Positions 47,199 to 56,631 of a stretch of DNA of 64,000 bases are shown in pieces; positions within the stretch are counted from its first letter, which is position 1, and every line of letters starts with the position of its first letter. The notes under the pieces were generated by a model that saw only the letters and a list, made by a program, of their open reading frames with translations, was not told where the DNA came from and searched no databases. This DNA is from an uncultured Candidatus Saccharibacteria bacterium (GTDB lineage Bacteria; Patescibacteriota; Minisyncoccia; Phycocordibacterales; UBA12445), in contig CAZYTH010000003.1 of the NCBI GenBank assembly GCA_964649715.1, forward strand, positions 4,713 to 68,712, in the 5' to 3' direction. Both the position numbers and the translations under genes were made by a program.

Positions 47199-47630
47199 TC
47201 AGAAGGAGGGGATCCGAGCAAACGGACTGCTCTTGGAGGTCATCGGGGCGCAACCCCGAAGTCGCCAGTCGGTCTCGGTCTTGGAAACTGGGGTGGCGGG
47301 TGGGGTCTTCGGCTTGGCGACCGGAGCATTGAATCCCGGATCTTCCCAGACAAGACCTCCTCGAGGCGTGGTGTCGAGAGGCACATTCGCCTCCTCGTCG
47401 ACCTCGTCGATTTCCTGAATTTCAAAAGCCACCGTCGCGAAGAAGCGAGACTTTTCCTTCTTTTCCCTCCTCCCTTCGTCGTCCCAGCTCATCGGCCTAC
47501 CGCGGGACTTGGCGCGAATGCGGGCGAAGTGCGACTTGATCGCCTTCTCCTTCACTCCGCCCTTCGTCATCACCACCTTCACCGCCTCGGCCAGATACTC
47601 GAACCACCAGTCGTATAATTCCCAATCCAT
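47199..47630 (-). CDS. hypothetical protein (GC-rich)
   Basis: AAGGAG SD, TATAAT upstream, 143 aa. Confidence 0.65.
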   Translation of the reverse strand: MDWELYDWWFEYLAEAVKVVMTKGGVKEKAIKSHFARIRAKSRGRPMSWDDEGRREKKEKSRFFATVAFEIQEIDEVDEEANVPLDTTPRGGLVWEDPGFNAPVAKPKTPPATPVSKTETDWRLRGCAPMTSKSSPFARIPSF

Positions 47631-47860
47631 ATTCTTCTCCTTTCAAAAATTGTATTTTCAATTATCTATTATATATTATAAACCTATTTTATATGTTTTG
47701 TCAAGATTTTTGTTGTTTCCCCTTTTGTTTTAGGGCTATTTTTAAAAAATATCCTATCCCCCATCTGAGTCCGACAACCTATCTGAATTACAAAAAAAAC
47801 GGGTAGTTTAAAAAAGCACCTTACAAAGGTGCTTCGTTTTCAACAAAAAAATTAGTTTTA

Positions 47861-48112
47861 TTATTTTTTAAGTGGCCCAATAAGACCTTCGGCTTCGGCC
47901 AAAATTTTTGTCTTCTCCTCCTCAGACAGTCCAATAATCTTTTCCATTCCGATAAGCTCTCCGCTTCTTTTCAGATAACACTCGTGGTTGTGCGAGTCCC
48001 AAGAAAGAGGATTATCACCACCACTCTCTCTGGAGACACCACGAAACCAGCACAGATAAGCCAATAATTCTCTAAAATAAAAAGATTTAAGGGCATTAAA
48101 TGTCTTATCCAT
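47861..48112 (-). CDS. hypothetical protein
   Basis: 83-aa ORF with ATG overlapping the TGA of an upstream peptide. Confidence 0.6.
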   Translation of the reverse strand: MDKTFNALKSFYFRELLAYLCWFRGVSRESGGDNPLSWDSHNHECYLKRSGELIGMEKIIGLSEEEKTKILAEAEGLIGPLKK

Positions 48113-48201
48113 CAAAACCCCCTTTTCTCATCATCATAAAAGAAAAAAATCAAAATAATTACCGATGCAATAGAAAGAAATAGGGCAATAAAAAAATCCA
48201 T
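48112..48201 (-). CDS. small membrane peptide (29 aa)
   Basis: GGGAG SD; MDFFIALFLSIASVIILIFFFYDDEKRGF; TGATG coupling to the next gene. Confidence 0.45.
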   Translation of the reverse strand: MDFFIALFLSIASVIILIFFFYDDEKRGF

Positions 48202-48303
48202 ATTCTCCCTCTCTTTTTTTAAAGAACCTTATTGGTGACAAATTAACACAGTTGCAAACAACATTCAATAATAAAACACTTTCTCTAAAATAATTTGTTT
48301 TTT

Positions 48304-50484
48304 TTATTTAGCGATTGTCACAGCTTCATCAAACTTTATTGAAAGTAGCTTAGACACACCGTCACCCCCCATAGTTACACCATAAAGTATTCCCGCGCGA
48401 GACATAGTCTCTCTATTGTGAGTAACGACAATAAGCTGAGAGATTTTTGAAAGATTCTCGAGCATATCTCCATATTTCTTTGAGTTAGACTCATCTAGTG
48501 CCGCATCTGTCTCGTCAAGAACTAAAAATGGAGGCGGATTCACCTGGGATACCGCAAAAAGAAGAGCAATTGACGTAAGCGCTCTTTCTCCTCCAGAAAG
48601 CATCGTGAGGCCTTTTATTTTTTTTCTCGGCAAATTAACATTTATATCTATGCCAGCCTCAGGCTTCTTTTCGTCTTTTTCCATAAAATTTTCACTTTTT
48701 GGATTTTCAGCATTTTCTTCGAACAATCTCTCTTCGGTTGTTTTCTTCTTTTCGGGGAAATTAAGAGTGAGCTCCGCTGAACCTCCACCGAACATCGACA
48801 CAAAAAATTCCTGAAATTGCTTATTTATTTTTTCCAACCCCTTTTTAAATTCAATGTCTATCTTTTCAGAAAGTTCCAACATCAAAGAACGCAAGCCTTC
48901 TGCACTGTCGACAAGATCGGCAACTTCTTTCTCTAAAAACTTTTCTCTCTCTTCGGTCTCATTATATTCTTTAAGGACATCTTCTCCCGCATTTCCCATA
49001 TCTTCAAGTCTTATTTTTATTCTTTCTATCTTTCTCCTTCTTTCTTCCTGCATAATCCTTGGCTCGTTATCTATTTGTGTTTCGATTCCTCCAAAATCCT
49101 TATAATTAACAGCCTCCCTTCCAGCCAATACGACCGCCTCGGTAAGTTCCATCTTAAAAGCACCCTCTTCCAGCAAAAGTTTTTCTTCTTTAGCCCGAAC
49201 AGCATTTAATTGTGCCAATATTTCGCTTTTTTCCGCACGCAAAAGATACAGCGCCCTCTCCGAATCCCTGAATTCATCCTTTTTATTCTCTAAACCAGAT
49301 TTGATCGAGGATATTTCACCACCAACTCGCGATTCGCTTTCGCACAGAGAGACGATCATCTTCTCAAATTCCCCCCGCTTGGTTCTTAACTCCGAAACTT
49401 CCCTTTCTCTCTCTTTCCTAAGCTCATCTTCCCTGCTTTCATCTAATGTCTTCACTACCACTTGTCCGCAATAAGAACAGACTTTCTCCCCCTTATCATT
49501 TACTTTTATGTTTTTATTATGATTCCCCCTCTCCATGTCACACTTTATTTCTATCAAAGCATCTAATCTGCCAATCTCTCTTTCTAGGTTGGTTTTTTTG
49601 TTTCTAATTTCCAGAAGATTTACCTCTAAATCCTTCATTTTGTCGGAAGATTCCTTTGGCAAAACATTGACTTCTGCAAGCATCTGGCTCAACCTCGCTG
49701 TTTCCGCATCTATATTCTTTATTTGTTCTTCAGGTAAGGTTCGATTCTTTAAAATATCCGCTCTGAAATTATTCAGGTAATTATCTTCTCTTTTAAAATA
49801 TTCTTTATATAGGTTTATTAGCTCGAGTCTCATCTCCTCCGCCTTTTTTACTTGCTCAATCTGTTTTCTGAGAAAACGAAGATGGGGAGCTATTTCTCTT
49901 CTTAAAGACTCTACCTCTTTTATATTTTCTTTGGTCTTTTGGAGCTTTTTTTCGCTTTCCTCTTTTTTATATTGATAAACCTTAAGACCAAGGGCATCTT
50001 CTATCATCTCTCGTCTCTCAAATATATTTGCATTCAAAATCCTATCAGCTTCACCCTGACTAATTATATGATGACTAGACACACCCAAAGACACAGCCGA
50101 GAGGAGTTCTATCACATCTTTTAAGCGAACCTTGCTCCCATTTATATAATATTCGTTTGTTCCATCACGATAGATATGGCGAGATATTGCGACCTCGTCG
50201 AACTCCAAATTGAATTTTCTCTCTTTGTTATCAAACACAACCAGAACGCTTGCGTGGTTCAGTTTTGAGTAACCGGCAGAACCGTTGAAGATTAGGTCTT
50301 CTCCCCTCTTCCCTCTAAGCGATTTCAGTGACTGTTCTCCAAGCGCCCAGCGAAGCGCCTCGGCTACGTTTGATTTACCAGATCCATTTGGACCCACAAC
50401 CGCCGTTATAGAAGACTCAAAGTCTAAAACCGTCTTTTTTGCAAAAGACTTAAAACCAAGCAATTCTACTCGTTTTAGATTCAC
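48304..50484 (-). CDS. smc: short SMC-family chromosome segregation ATPase (no recognisable hinge)
   Basis: GFKSF, GPNGSGKSN, LRG...DLIF, LSGGERAL, PPFLVLDETDAALD and VVTH motifs; only 726 aa. Confidence 0.9.
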   Translation of the reverse strand: MNLKRVELLGFKSFAKKTVLDFESSITAVVGPNGSGKSNVAEALRWALGEQSLKSLRGKRGEDLIFNGSAGYSKLNHASVLVVFDNKERKFNLEFDEVAISRHIYRDGTNEYYINGSKVRLKDVIELLSAVSLGVSSHHIISQGEADRILNANIFERREMIEDALGLKVYQYKKEESEKKLQKTKENIKEVESLRREIAPHLRFLRKQIEQVKKAEEMRLELINLYKEYFKREDNYLNNFRADILKNRTLPEEQIKNIDAETARLSQMLAEVNVLPKESSDKMKDLEVNLLEIRNKKTNLEREIGRLDALIEIKCDMERGNHNKNIKVNDKGEKVCSYCGQVVVKTLDESREDELRKEREREVSELRTKRGEFEKMIVSLCESESRVGGEISSIKSGLENKKDEFRDSERALYLLRAEKSEILAQLNAVRAKEEKLLLEEGAFKMELTEAVVLAGREAVNYKDFGGIETQIDNEPRIMQEERRRKIERIKIRLEDMGNAGEDVLKEYNETEEREKFLEKEVADLVDSAEGLRSLMLELSEKIDIEFKKGLEKINKQFQEFFVSMFGGGSAELTLNFPEKKKTTEERLFEENAENPKSENFMEKDEKKPEAGIDINVNLPRKKIKGLTMLSGGERALTSIALLFAVSQVNPPPFLVLDETDAALDESNSKKYGDMLENLSKISQLIVVTHNRETMSRAGILYGVTMGGDGVSKLLSIKFDEAVTIAK

Positions 50485-50600
50485 TTATGTATTATAGCAA
50501 TTTTATAAAATACAGGAAACACAAAATTATTATGAAATTCTTTTACGTTAAAGCCAAAATAAAAAAACTCCCACCAAGGTGAGAGTAAAAATATCTTATT

Positions 50601-50837
50601 TTAGACAAAGAGACAAAGAATAGACAACGCAGATAAAATAATAAAAACAGTGGCGAAGATAACTTTTATATTATTATCATAAATGAAACTTTCATGATCT
50701 TCATTGTCATACTTGGTATCAATACCTAATTTCTGAGGAATGATTGCGTCTTCCTTGTGACAAACTTCACATTTGTCTAAAGAAACACAAAATGTGGATT
50801 GTCTTGGATCGCATGAAATACAAACCTTCTTTTTCAT
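50601..50837 (-). CDS. small Cys-rich membrane protein
   Basis: GGAGG SD, two CxxC motifs, C-terminal TM. Confidence 0.55.
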   Translation of the reverse strand: MKKKVCISCDPRQSTFCVSLDKCEVCHKEDAIIPQKLGIDTKYDNEDHESFIYDNNIKVIFATVFIILSALSILCLFV

Positions 50838-51036
50838 CCTAAAAACCTCCCTAAATAAATTTCTTTTAAATTTATTGCCAGGTCATATAACAAATTGCCA
50901 AAGCAAATAAAATTTGTTTCAAATGTGCTTATTTCAAGAAGCAAGATAACACAAGGGAAAAATAAAATCAAAAATCCATCTTAAAAAATATCAAACAAAA
51001 ATTTAACCCCACCTTATTTGGGCGGGGTTTTTGTCT

Positions 51037-51153
51037 TTATTCCTCCTTCTTCACCGGGACATTGTCATTCCGATCGAGACCGAGGAGCTTTCGCTCCTGG
51101 TCCAACATCTTCTGGGAGACGACGAGGCCATCGGACGAAATCCAGAGTTCCAT
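51037..51153 (-). CDS. small protein (38 aa)
   Basis: AAGGAGG SD, TTGACA upstream; MELWISSDGLVVSQKMLDQERKLLGLDRNDNVPVKKEE; hairpin downstream. Confidence 0.5.
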   Translation of the reverse strand: MELWISSDGLVVSQKMLDQERKLLGLDRNDNVPVKKEE

Positions 51154-51272
51154 ACTTCCTCCTTAAATTTTTGATCAAACTTGATTCCTATTTAACTATA
51201 CACCTATATTTACGTTTTGTCAATACATTTATTTATGAAAAAGCTCCGAAGTTATTTCGGAGCAAAAAATCC

Positions 51273-51941
51273 TTATTTATCAAGGCTATAATAGGGATAA
51301 CCACATTTCATCGGCAGTGCCTCAAGGAAGAACCAGTCAAGAGTTGGTGTATCCCTCTTCATAAAGATACCGGGGGCAGATGACTTACCGTAGCGAGAAC
51401 CTAGGGCACCGACATTGTGCCTATTTAAGGTTTCGGTATGAATGCAAAGAGAGATTAGCTCCTCAACCACCATCGGTTTTTTTTGATTATTTCTGATAAC
51501 CCTTTCCACATCCGAGGGAACATATCCTCTGCCCTCCCAACCGTCATTAACATCAAAAATGTAATACGGCTCCTTCGGTAATTCCCTTCCATTTTCAATC
51601 CCGGACACATCGATCTCGATAGTTCCAGTGGAATCATTTTTCTTTACCATTTCCATTTGTCTCACATAAGAAAGCCACGACTCCGGAATAACCGGAAGAA
51701 AAGGGACGTTCCCCCTTCTTGTCCTAATCCCAAGCGCGCGCTCGGCTACTCGCATTTTTTCCCGATAAAGCCTGTCAATAATAAATTCCGGACAACCCCG
51801 ATCATCCAGACGGTCGATCTGTTCGTCAAAAAGATCAAGTAGTTCGTTCAATCGGCCCCATTCATCCTTCTCGCTCTGGCATTGAACCGAAAAAAACAGA
51901 ACGAACAACAAAACTAAGATAAGGTATCGGCTTGCTTTCAT
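51273..51941 (-). CDS. hypothetical exported protein
   Basis: AGGAGG SD, signal peptide, PFLPVIP and PYYIFDVNDG segments. Confidence 0.7.
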   Translation of the reverse strand: MKASRYLILVLLFVLFFSVQCQSEKDEWGRLNELLDLFDEQIDRLDDRGCPEFIIDRLYREKMRVAERALGIRTRRGNVPFLPVIPESWLSYVRQMEMVKKNDSTGTIEIDVSGIENGRELPKEPYYIFDVNDGWEGRGYVPSDVERVIRNNQKKPMVVEELISLCIHTETLNRHNVGALGSRYGKSSAPGIFMKRDTPTLDWFFLEALPMKCGYPYYSLDK

Positions 51942-52069
51942 TTATCCTCCTTTTATTATCAAAAAACTATTACAATGAGAGATGGTAGCAAAAAACCAAA
52001 AAAATTGAAATTGGGGCATCGAATCAAAAAATATGTTAAAATATCAAAGTTAATAATTAAGATAAAATT

Positions 52070-52372
52070 ATGAAAAACACAGACAAAATGACCGATGATT
52101 TTCTTAAAAACAAGGGGTTCGATCAAGAAGGCAATCCGATCGAAGAAGGTACTGCAAAAGAAAATGAAAAAAAAGCCGAGGAAACAGTAGAAAATTTAAT
52201 AAAAAAGATATCTGAGTTAAACAGTGAAGATTTAAACAATTTTAGAAATGCCTTGCTAAACAACAACATGGAGTCTGAAGAAAAATTAAACGAGGGACAA
52301 AAAAATCTTCTTCTTGAATTAAGGAAAAAAGGCCTGGATAAAATACTAAAAATCGAAGATTTAACTTTTTAA
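52070..52372 (+). CDS. hypothetical acidic protein
   Basis: 100-aa ORF followed by a bidirectional hairpin. Confidence 0.6.
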   Translation: MKNTDKMTDDFLKNKGFDQEGNPIEEGTAKENEKKAEETVENLIKKISELNSEDLNNFRNALLNNNMESEEKLNEGQKNLLLELRKKGLDKILKIEDLTF

Positions 52373-52430
52373 AATAGGAATACAAAAAAACCACACAAGA
52401 TTACTTTGTGTGGTTTTTGTTGGTTGGAAA

Positions 52431-52820
52431 TTACTTGTCAACCAACTCGGCTTCAGAAACCTGTTCTTTCTTCGCCCCAAAAACAGATTTTTCAAAATGC
52501 TTACAGTTCTTGCAACAATCCATCAGATTGTTTTGAAGAAGTCTTTCCATGTTCCGCAAAAAAGCCTCTTGTTCTTTTCTTGCGCGATTATTTTGAATAT
52601 CAACATTTTCAATCATTCTCTCCAGAACACGACCGAACTTATCCGCCAGATTAGAATGCATATTGCGCCGAATGTTTTGTTCGGTAGCTTTAATAATAAA
52701 CTCAGAAAAAAGTTTCGCAAAAAGTGCTATAAGAAAAATACCTGTCCAATAGTGCCCAACGGTCACAGCGTTCATGGCGGCCAAAAAAATACTAAAACAC
52801 AAAAACAAACTCCAAAACAT
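52431..52820 (-). CDS. hypothetical membrane protein
   Basis: GGAGGG SD before ATG 52820, two TM segments plus coiled coil. Confidence 0.6.
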   Translation of the reverse strand: MFWSLFLCFSIFLAAMNAVTVGHYWTGIFLIALFAKLFSEFIIKATEQNIRRNMHSNLADKFGRVLERMIENVDIQNNRARKEQEAFLRNMERLLQNNLMDCCKNCKHFEKSVFGAKKEQVSEAELVDK

Positions 52821-53013
52821 AGACGTTCCCTCCTTTTCAACGAACTTTAACCGTAAACAAGCTAACATAGATAAAAAAACCCGTAAAGACTGTGGAAGAA
52901 TATTTAAATTTTGATCTTAAACCTTTCTGCCGGTTGACGAGAATTGCAACTTATTAGCCTCTTAATTAATTCTTTTTTGTAAAGACAACCAGCAGGTAAA
53001 AAACCACCCAAGA

Positions 53014-55635
53014 TTACTTTGTGTGGTTTTTGTTTTTCTCTTTTTTGCAATTTGTCCCGGAAAGACACTTCTTTAGGTATTTGGCTGTATACGAAGTTTT
53101 GTGATTTGAAACCTCTTCCGGTGTACCAGTAACAATTATCTTTCCTCCATCTTCCCCTCCTTCGGGACCCATATCTATTATATAATCAGCGCTCTTCACT
53201 ACATCCATATTATGCTCTATTACGATCACGGTATTGCCCCTGTTGACCAAGCGGTGAAGTATCCCTATCAAATTTTTTACATCTTCATAATGAAGACCGA
53301 TTGTGGGCTCGTCCAAAAGATAAACAGTCCTCTCTGTGTGCGGTCTATAAAACTCGGAAGCTATCTTTACCCTCTGCGATTCTCCGCCGGAAAGTGTTGT
53401 GGCGGATTGCCCCAGCTCAAGATATCCAAGGCCAACATCGAGAAGGCAATCAAGCCTATCGGATATGGCCGGAATGTCTTTAAAAAATACAGCGGCCTCT
53501 TCAACCGTCATCTTTAGAACATCGTATATATTTTTCCCTTTATATTTTACCTGTAAAGTCTCTTTATCAAATCGCTTACCGAGGCAAACATCACACGGCA
53601 CATAAACTGTCGGCAGAAAGTGCATCTGAACAGATATCATTCCGTTTCCCTCGCAAGTTTCGCACCTTCCTCCCTTCACGTTAAAAGAAAATCTACCAGG
53701 CTTCCACCCTCTGACCCTAGCGTCTTCAGTATAGGAGAACATATCTCTTATGTGTGTCCATGCACCTGTATATGTCGCAGGATTGGATCTTGGAGTCCTT
53801 CCTATCGGAGATTGATCGATCAAAACGACCCTAGAAACGTACTCTGATCCCAAAAAATTCTTACAGTTTATTGTTTCTTTCGGACCGCGCCACCTCATCA
53901 ACTTCGCATCTAAATTTTTGTGTATAATATCATACATTAAGGTAGATTTTCCGGAACCAGAAACACCTGTAATGCAGACGAGTCGGCCCAAAGGAACATC
54001 GGTGTTCAAGCCACAAAGACTGTTAACCTTTCCGCCGATTATCTTGAGACTCCCCTTTTCCTTATTTCTCCTTTTTTCGGGGAGCTCCACCCCCTTATCC
54101 CCCCTCAAATAATCCAGCGTTAGGGACTTTCCTTCGGGGTGTTTTTTCTTATCTGTTATAAGCTCTTCTGTGCTACCTTCAATAACGATATTGCCACCAT
54201 GAACCCCAGCTCCGGGACCAATATCCACCAAATGATCGGAAGAAAATATTGTATCCTCGTCATGCTCAACAACAATAATCGTATTACCAAGATCTCTTAA
54301 TTTATGGAGAGTTTTTACCAACTGCTCATTGTCTCTTGAGTGTAAGCCGATCGTCGGCTCATCAAGCACATAAAGAGCCCCCACAAGGTGGGAGCCAAGC
54401 TGTGATGCGAGCCTTATTCTCTGCGCCTCACCACCAGAAAGGGTTCCCGCCCTTCTGTCGAGTGTAAGATAACCAAGTCCAACATCAAGCATAAATTTTA
54501 AACGCGAGTTTATTTCTCTTGTAAGAACTCTGGATATCTCCTCTTCGCGAGGAGTCATTTTAATATCTCTAAAAAACTGATCGGCCTCTTTTATAGAAAG
54601 AGATGAAAGTTCAACAATATTCTTCCCGCCGATACGAACCTGAAGCGCTTCTTGCTTCAGACGAAGACCGTTGCAGGCTGAGCATATCTTTTCGCTCCAC
54701 AAAGATTCTGTCCCTATGCCATGGCATTCTGGACAAGCGCCATAAGGAGAATTAAATGAAAAAAGTCTCGGCTCTATTTCGACGAAAGAAAAGCCGTCGT
54801 TCGGACAAGTATATCTGGCAGACATCGCAAACTCCTCCCATTTCTTTCCTAAATCTGATAACCGAAGCTTCCCCCCATCATAAGAAAATACGACTCTCAC
54901 AGTGTCTTCGGCAAGAGAAAGCGCAAGCGGAACAGACTCAGATAGTCTTTCTTTTATTTTCTCCATATCACCTATTTCTATCTCATCAACAAGAATATCA
55001 ATATCGTGTTTTTTGTTTTTATCAAGAACAATCCTCTCCCTTAAGTGACACAAATCTCCATCAACTCGAGCCTTGACGTATCCCTTTCCTAAATAATCAT
55101 ATAAGAGCTGATAATATTCCCCCTTTCTACCCCTTACAACCGGAGCAAAAATAAGAATACGAGAAATTTCATCCTTTCTCTCGGAAACATTTACTTTGTT
55201 TAAAATAAATTGAATTATCTCGTCGTTTGATAATTTTTTTATAGGCTCGCTACATAAGAGACAGTGTGGAATACCTATTCTGGCATAAAGAACACGTAAA
55301 TAATCATATATCTCGGTTATTGTTGCGACAGTAGACCTTGGGTTGGCCGAGTGTGATTTCTGATCAATAGAGATAGCTGGAGAAAGACCCGTTATTTCGT
55401 CAACATCGGGCTTCTGAAATTGCTTTAGAAACTGGCGAGCATAAGAAGAAAGTGATTCAACGTATCGCCTCTGACCTTCGGCAAATATCGTATCAAACGC
55501 AAGAGATGATTTTCCAGACCCAGAAAGACCAGTGAAAACCACCATCTTTCCTCGTGGGATTTCTAGGTCTATATTCTTCAGGTTGTGGGTTCGTGCTCCC
55601 TTAATTATTATTTTTTCCTCTTTTTTCTTATCCAT
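53014..55635 (-). CDS. uvrA: excinuclease ABC subunit UvrA
   Basis: [24 protein letters not shown], two LSGGE signatures, zinc fingers. Confidence 0.97.
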   Translation of the reverse strand: MDKKKEEKIIIKGARTHNLKNIDLEIPRGKMVVFTGLSGSGKSSLAFDTIFAEGQRRYVESLSSYARQFLKQFQKPDVDEITGLSPAISIDQKSHSANPRSTVATITEIYDYLRVLYARIGIPHCLLCSEPIKKLSNDEIIQFILNKVNVSERKDEISRILIFAPVVRGRKGEYYQLLYDYLGKGYVKARVDGDLCHLRERIVLDKNKKHDIDILVDEIEIGDMEKIKERLSESVPLALSLAEDTVRVVFSYDGGKLRLSDLGKKWEEFAMSARYTCPNDGFSFVEIEPRLFSFNSPYGACPECHGIGTESLWSEKICSACNGLRLKQEALQVRIGGKNIVELSSLSIKEADQFFRDIKMTPREEEISRVLTREINSRLKFMLDVGLGYLTLDRRAGTLSGGEAQRIRLASQLGSHLVGALYVLDEPTIGLHSRDNEQLVKTLHKLRDLGNTIIVVEHDEDTIFSSDHLVDIGPGAGVHGGNIVIEGSTEELITDKKKHPEGKSLTLDYLRGDKGVELPEKRRNKEKGSLKIIGGKVNSLCGLNTDVPLGRLVCITGVSGSGKSTLMYDIIHKNLDAKLMRWRGPKETINCKNFLGSEYVSRVVLIDQSPIGRTPRSNPATYTGAWTHIRDMFSYTEDARVRGWKPGRFSFNVKGGRCETCEGNGMISVQMHFLPTVYVPCDVCLGKRFDKETLQVKYKGKNIYDVLKMTVEEAAVFFKDIPAISDRLDCLLDVGLGYLELGQSATTLSGGESQRVKIASEFYRPHTERTVYLLDEPTIGLHYEDVKNLIGILHRLVNRGNTVIVIEHNMDVVKSADYIIDMGPEGGEDGGKIIVTGTPEEVSNHKTSYTAKYLKKCLSGTNCKKEKNKNHTK

Positions 55636-55741
55636 CTTTTTTAATTAAGCGACACAGTATACATTTTTTATGAATGACTTGCAAGTATGTCAATAATGTG
55701 TTTGTATGATATATAGTTCTTTCTAAAAAGGAGGTGATTCT

Positions 55742-55816
55742 GTGGGATTATTTTTCATTGTTGTGGCCGTCGTTCTCGTAGGCATTATTATCTCGTGCAT
55801 CACAAACAAAGAATAA
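55742..55816 (+). CDS. small hydrophobic peptide (24 aa)
   Basis: AAGGAGGTG SD, GTG start, MGLFFIVVAVVLVGIIISCITNKE, own terminator. Confidence 0.5.
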   Translation: MGLFFIVVAVVLVGIIISCITNKE

Positions 55817-55980
55817 CCTTGGTATCAGTAAGCCACCCTCTCTTGGGGTGGTTTTTAAAATTTGTTGCAACAAAACCAAATATATGTTTCTATTCTTTCA
55901 GAATAGGGCAATTTTAAATATAGAAGTTCTCATGTTTGTTTTAAAAAATTTAGCGCAAATCCATAAAACAAGGAGGGGAA

Positions 55981-56583
55981 ATGAAATTTAATTTAGAACG
56001 TTCTTCTGTAACACTTAAAATATCGATTATAAAAATAAATGATAAAAATTTTTACCGAATATCATCTTTCAGGTGGGGACCGCTTCTGGTTCCAACAAAC
56101 AAACTTGAAATAAAAATTGTTCCCGATGCATTAAAAAGCATAAGTTATATTCTTGTAGATGTGGTTGATCCGAATACCTCTGTTAATCACCCGTGCAAAG
56201 AAGCGATCATCGCAGGTGAGAAAGAAGAGGATTTGAGAGAGTACTTCAGGAATTCCAACGTCCCTTTTCCAGAACACAAAAACAGCCTGACAGAGATGCA
56301 GAATTCTCTTGTCTGTCTTGCGGGAAGAGAAAAACTTACACAAGAACAAAAAGAGAGCCTGATTGAAGAAATTCAAGGCCTTTGTAACCACAAAAATACA
56401 GTGTTCGCATTTGACGGCAAAGAACAAATTTTCACCCTTTGTGCTTTTTGCGGAAAAGAAGAAAAATTCCTCTTTACTAGATCAACGATAATCAAGCTAA
56501 AGAAGATGGGTTTTAGAACAATCGACATCAAGGTTCTCTTCTCAAGAAAAAAGCGTCTTTTTAAAAAACTTGGTATTGAGTAA
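55981..56583 (+). CDS. hypothetical protein
   Basis: AAGGAGG SD, 200 aa, CNH...CAFCG, terminator downstream. Confidence 0.65.
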   Translation: MKFNLERSSVTLKISIIKINDKNFYRISSFRWGPLLVPTNKLEIKIVPDALKSISYILVDVVDPNTSVNHPCKEAIIAGEKEEDLREYFRNSNVPFPEHKNSLTEMQNSLVCLAGREKLTQEQKESLIEEIQGLCNHKNTVFAFDGKEQIFTLCAFCGKEEKFLFTRSTIIKLKKMGFRTIDIKVLFSRKKRLFKKLGIE

Positions 56584-56631
56584 GCAGTATCACCACCCCG
56601 CCCCACAAAGGCGGGTTTTTATTTTTTGTTT

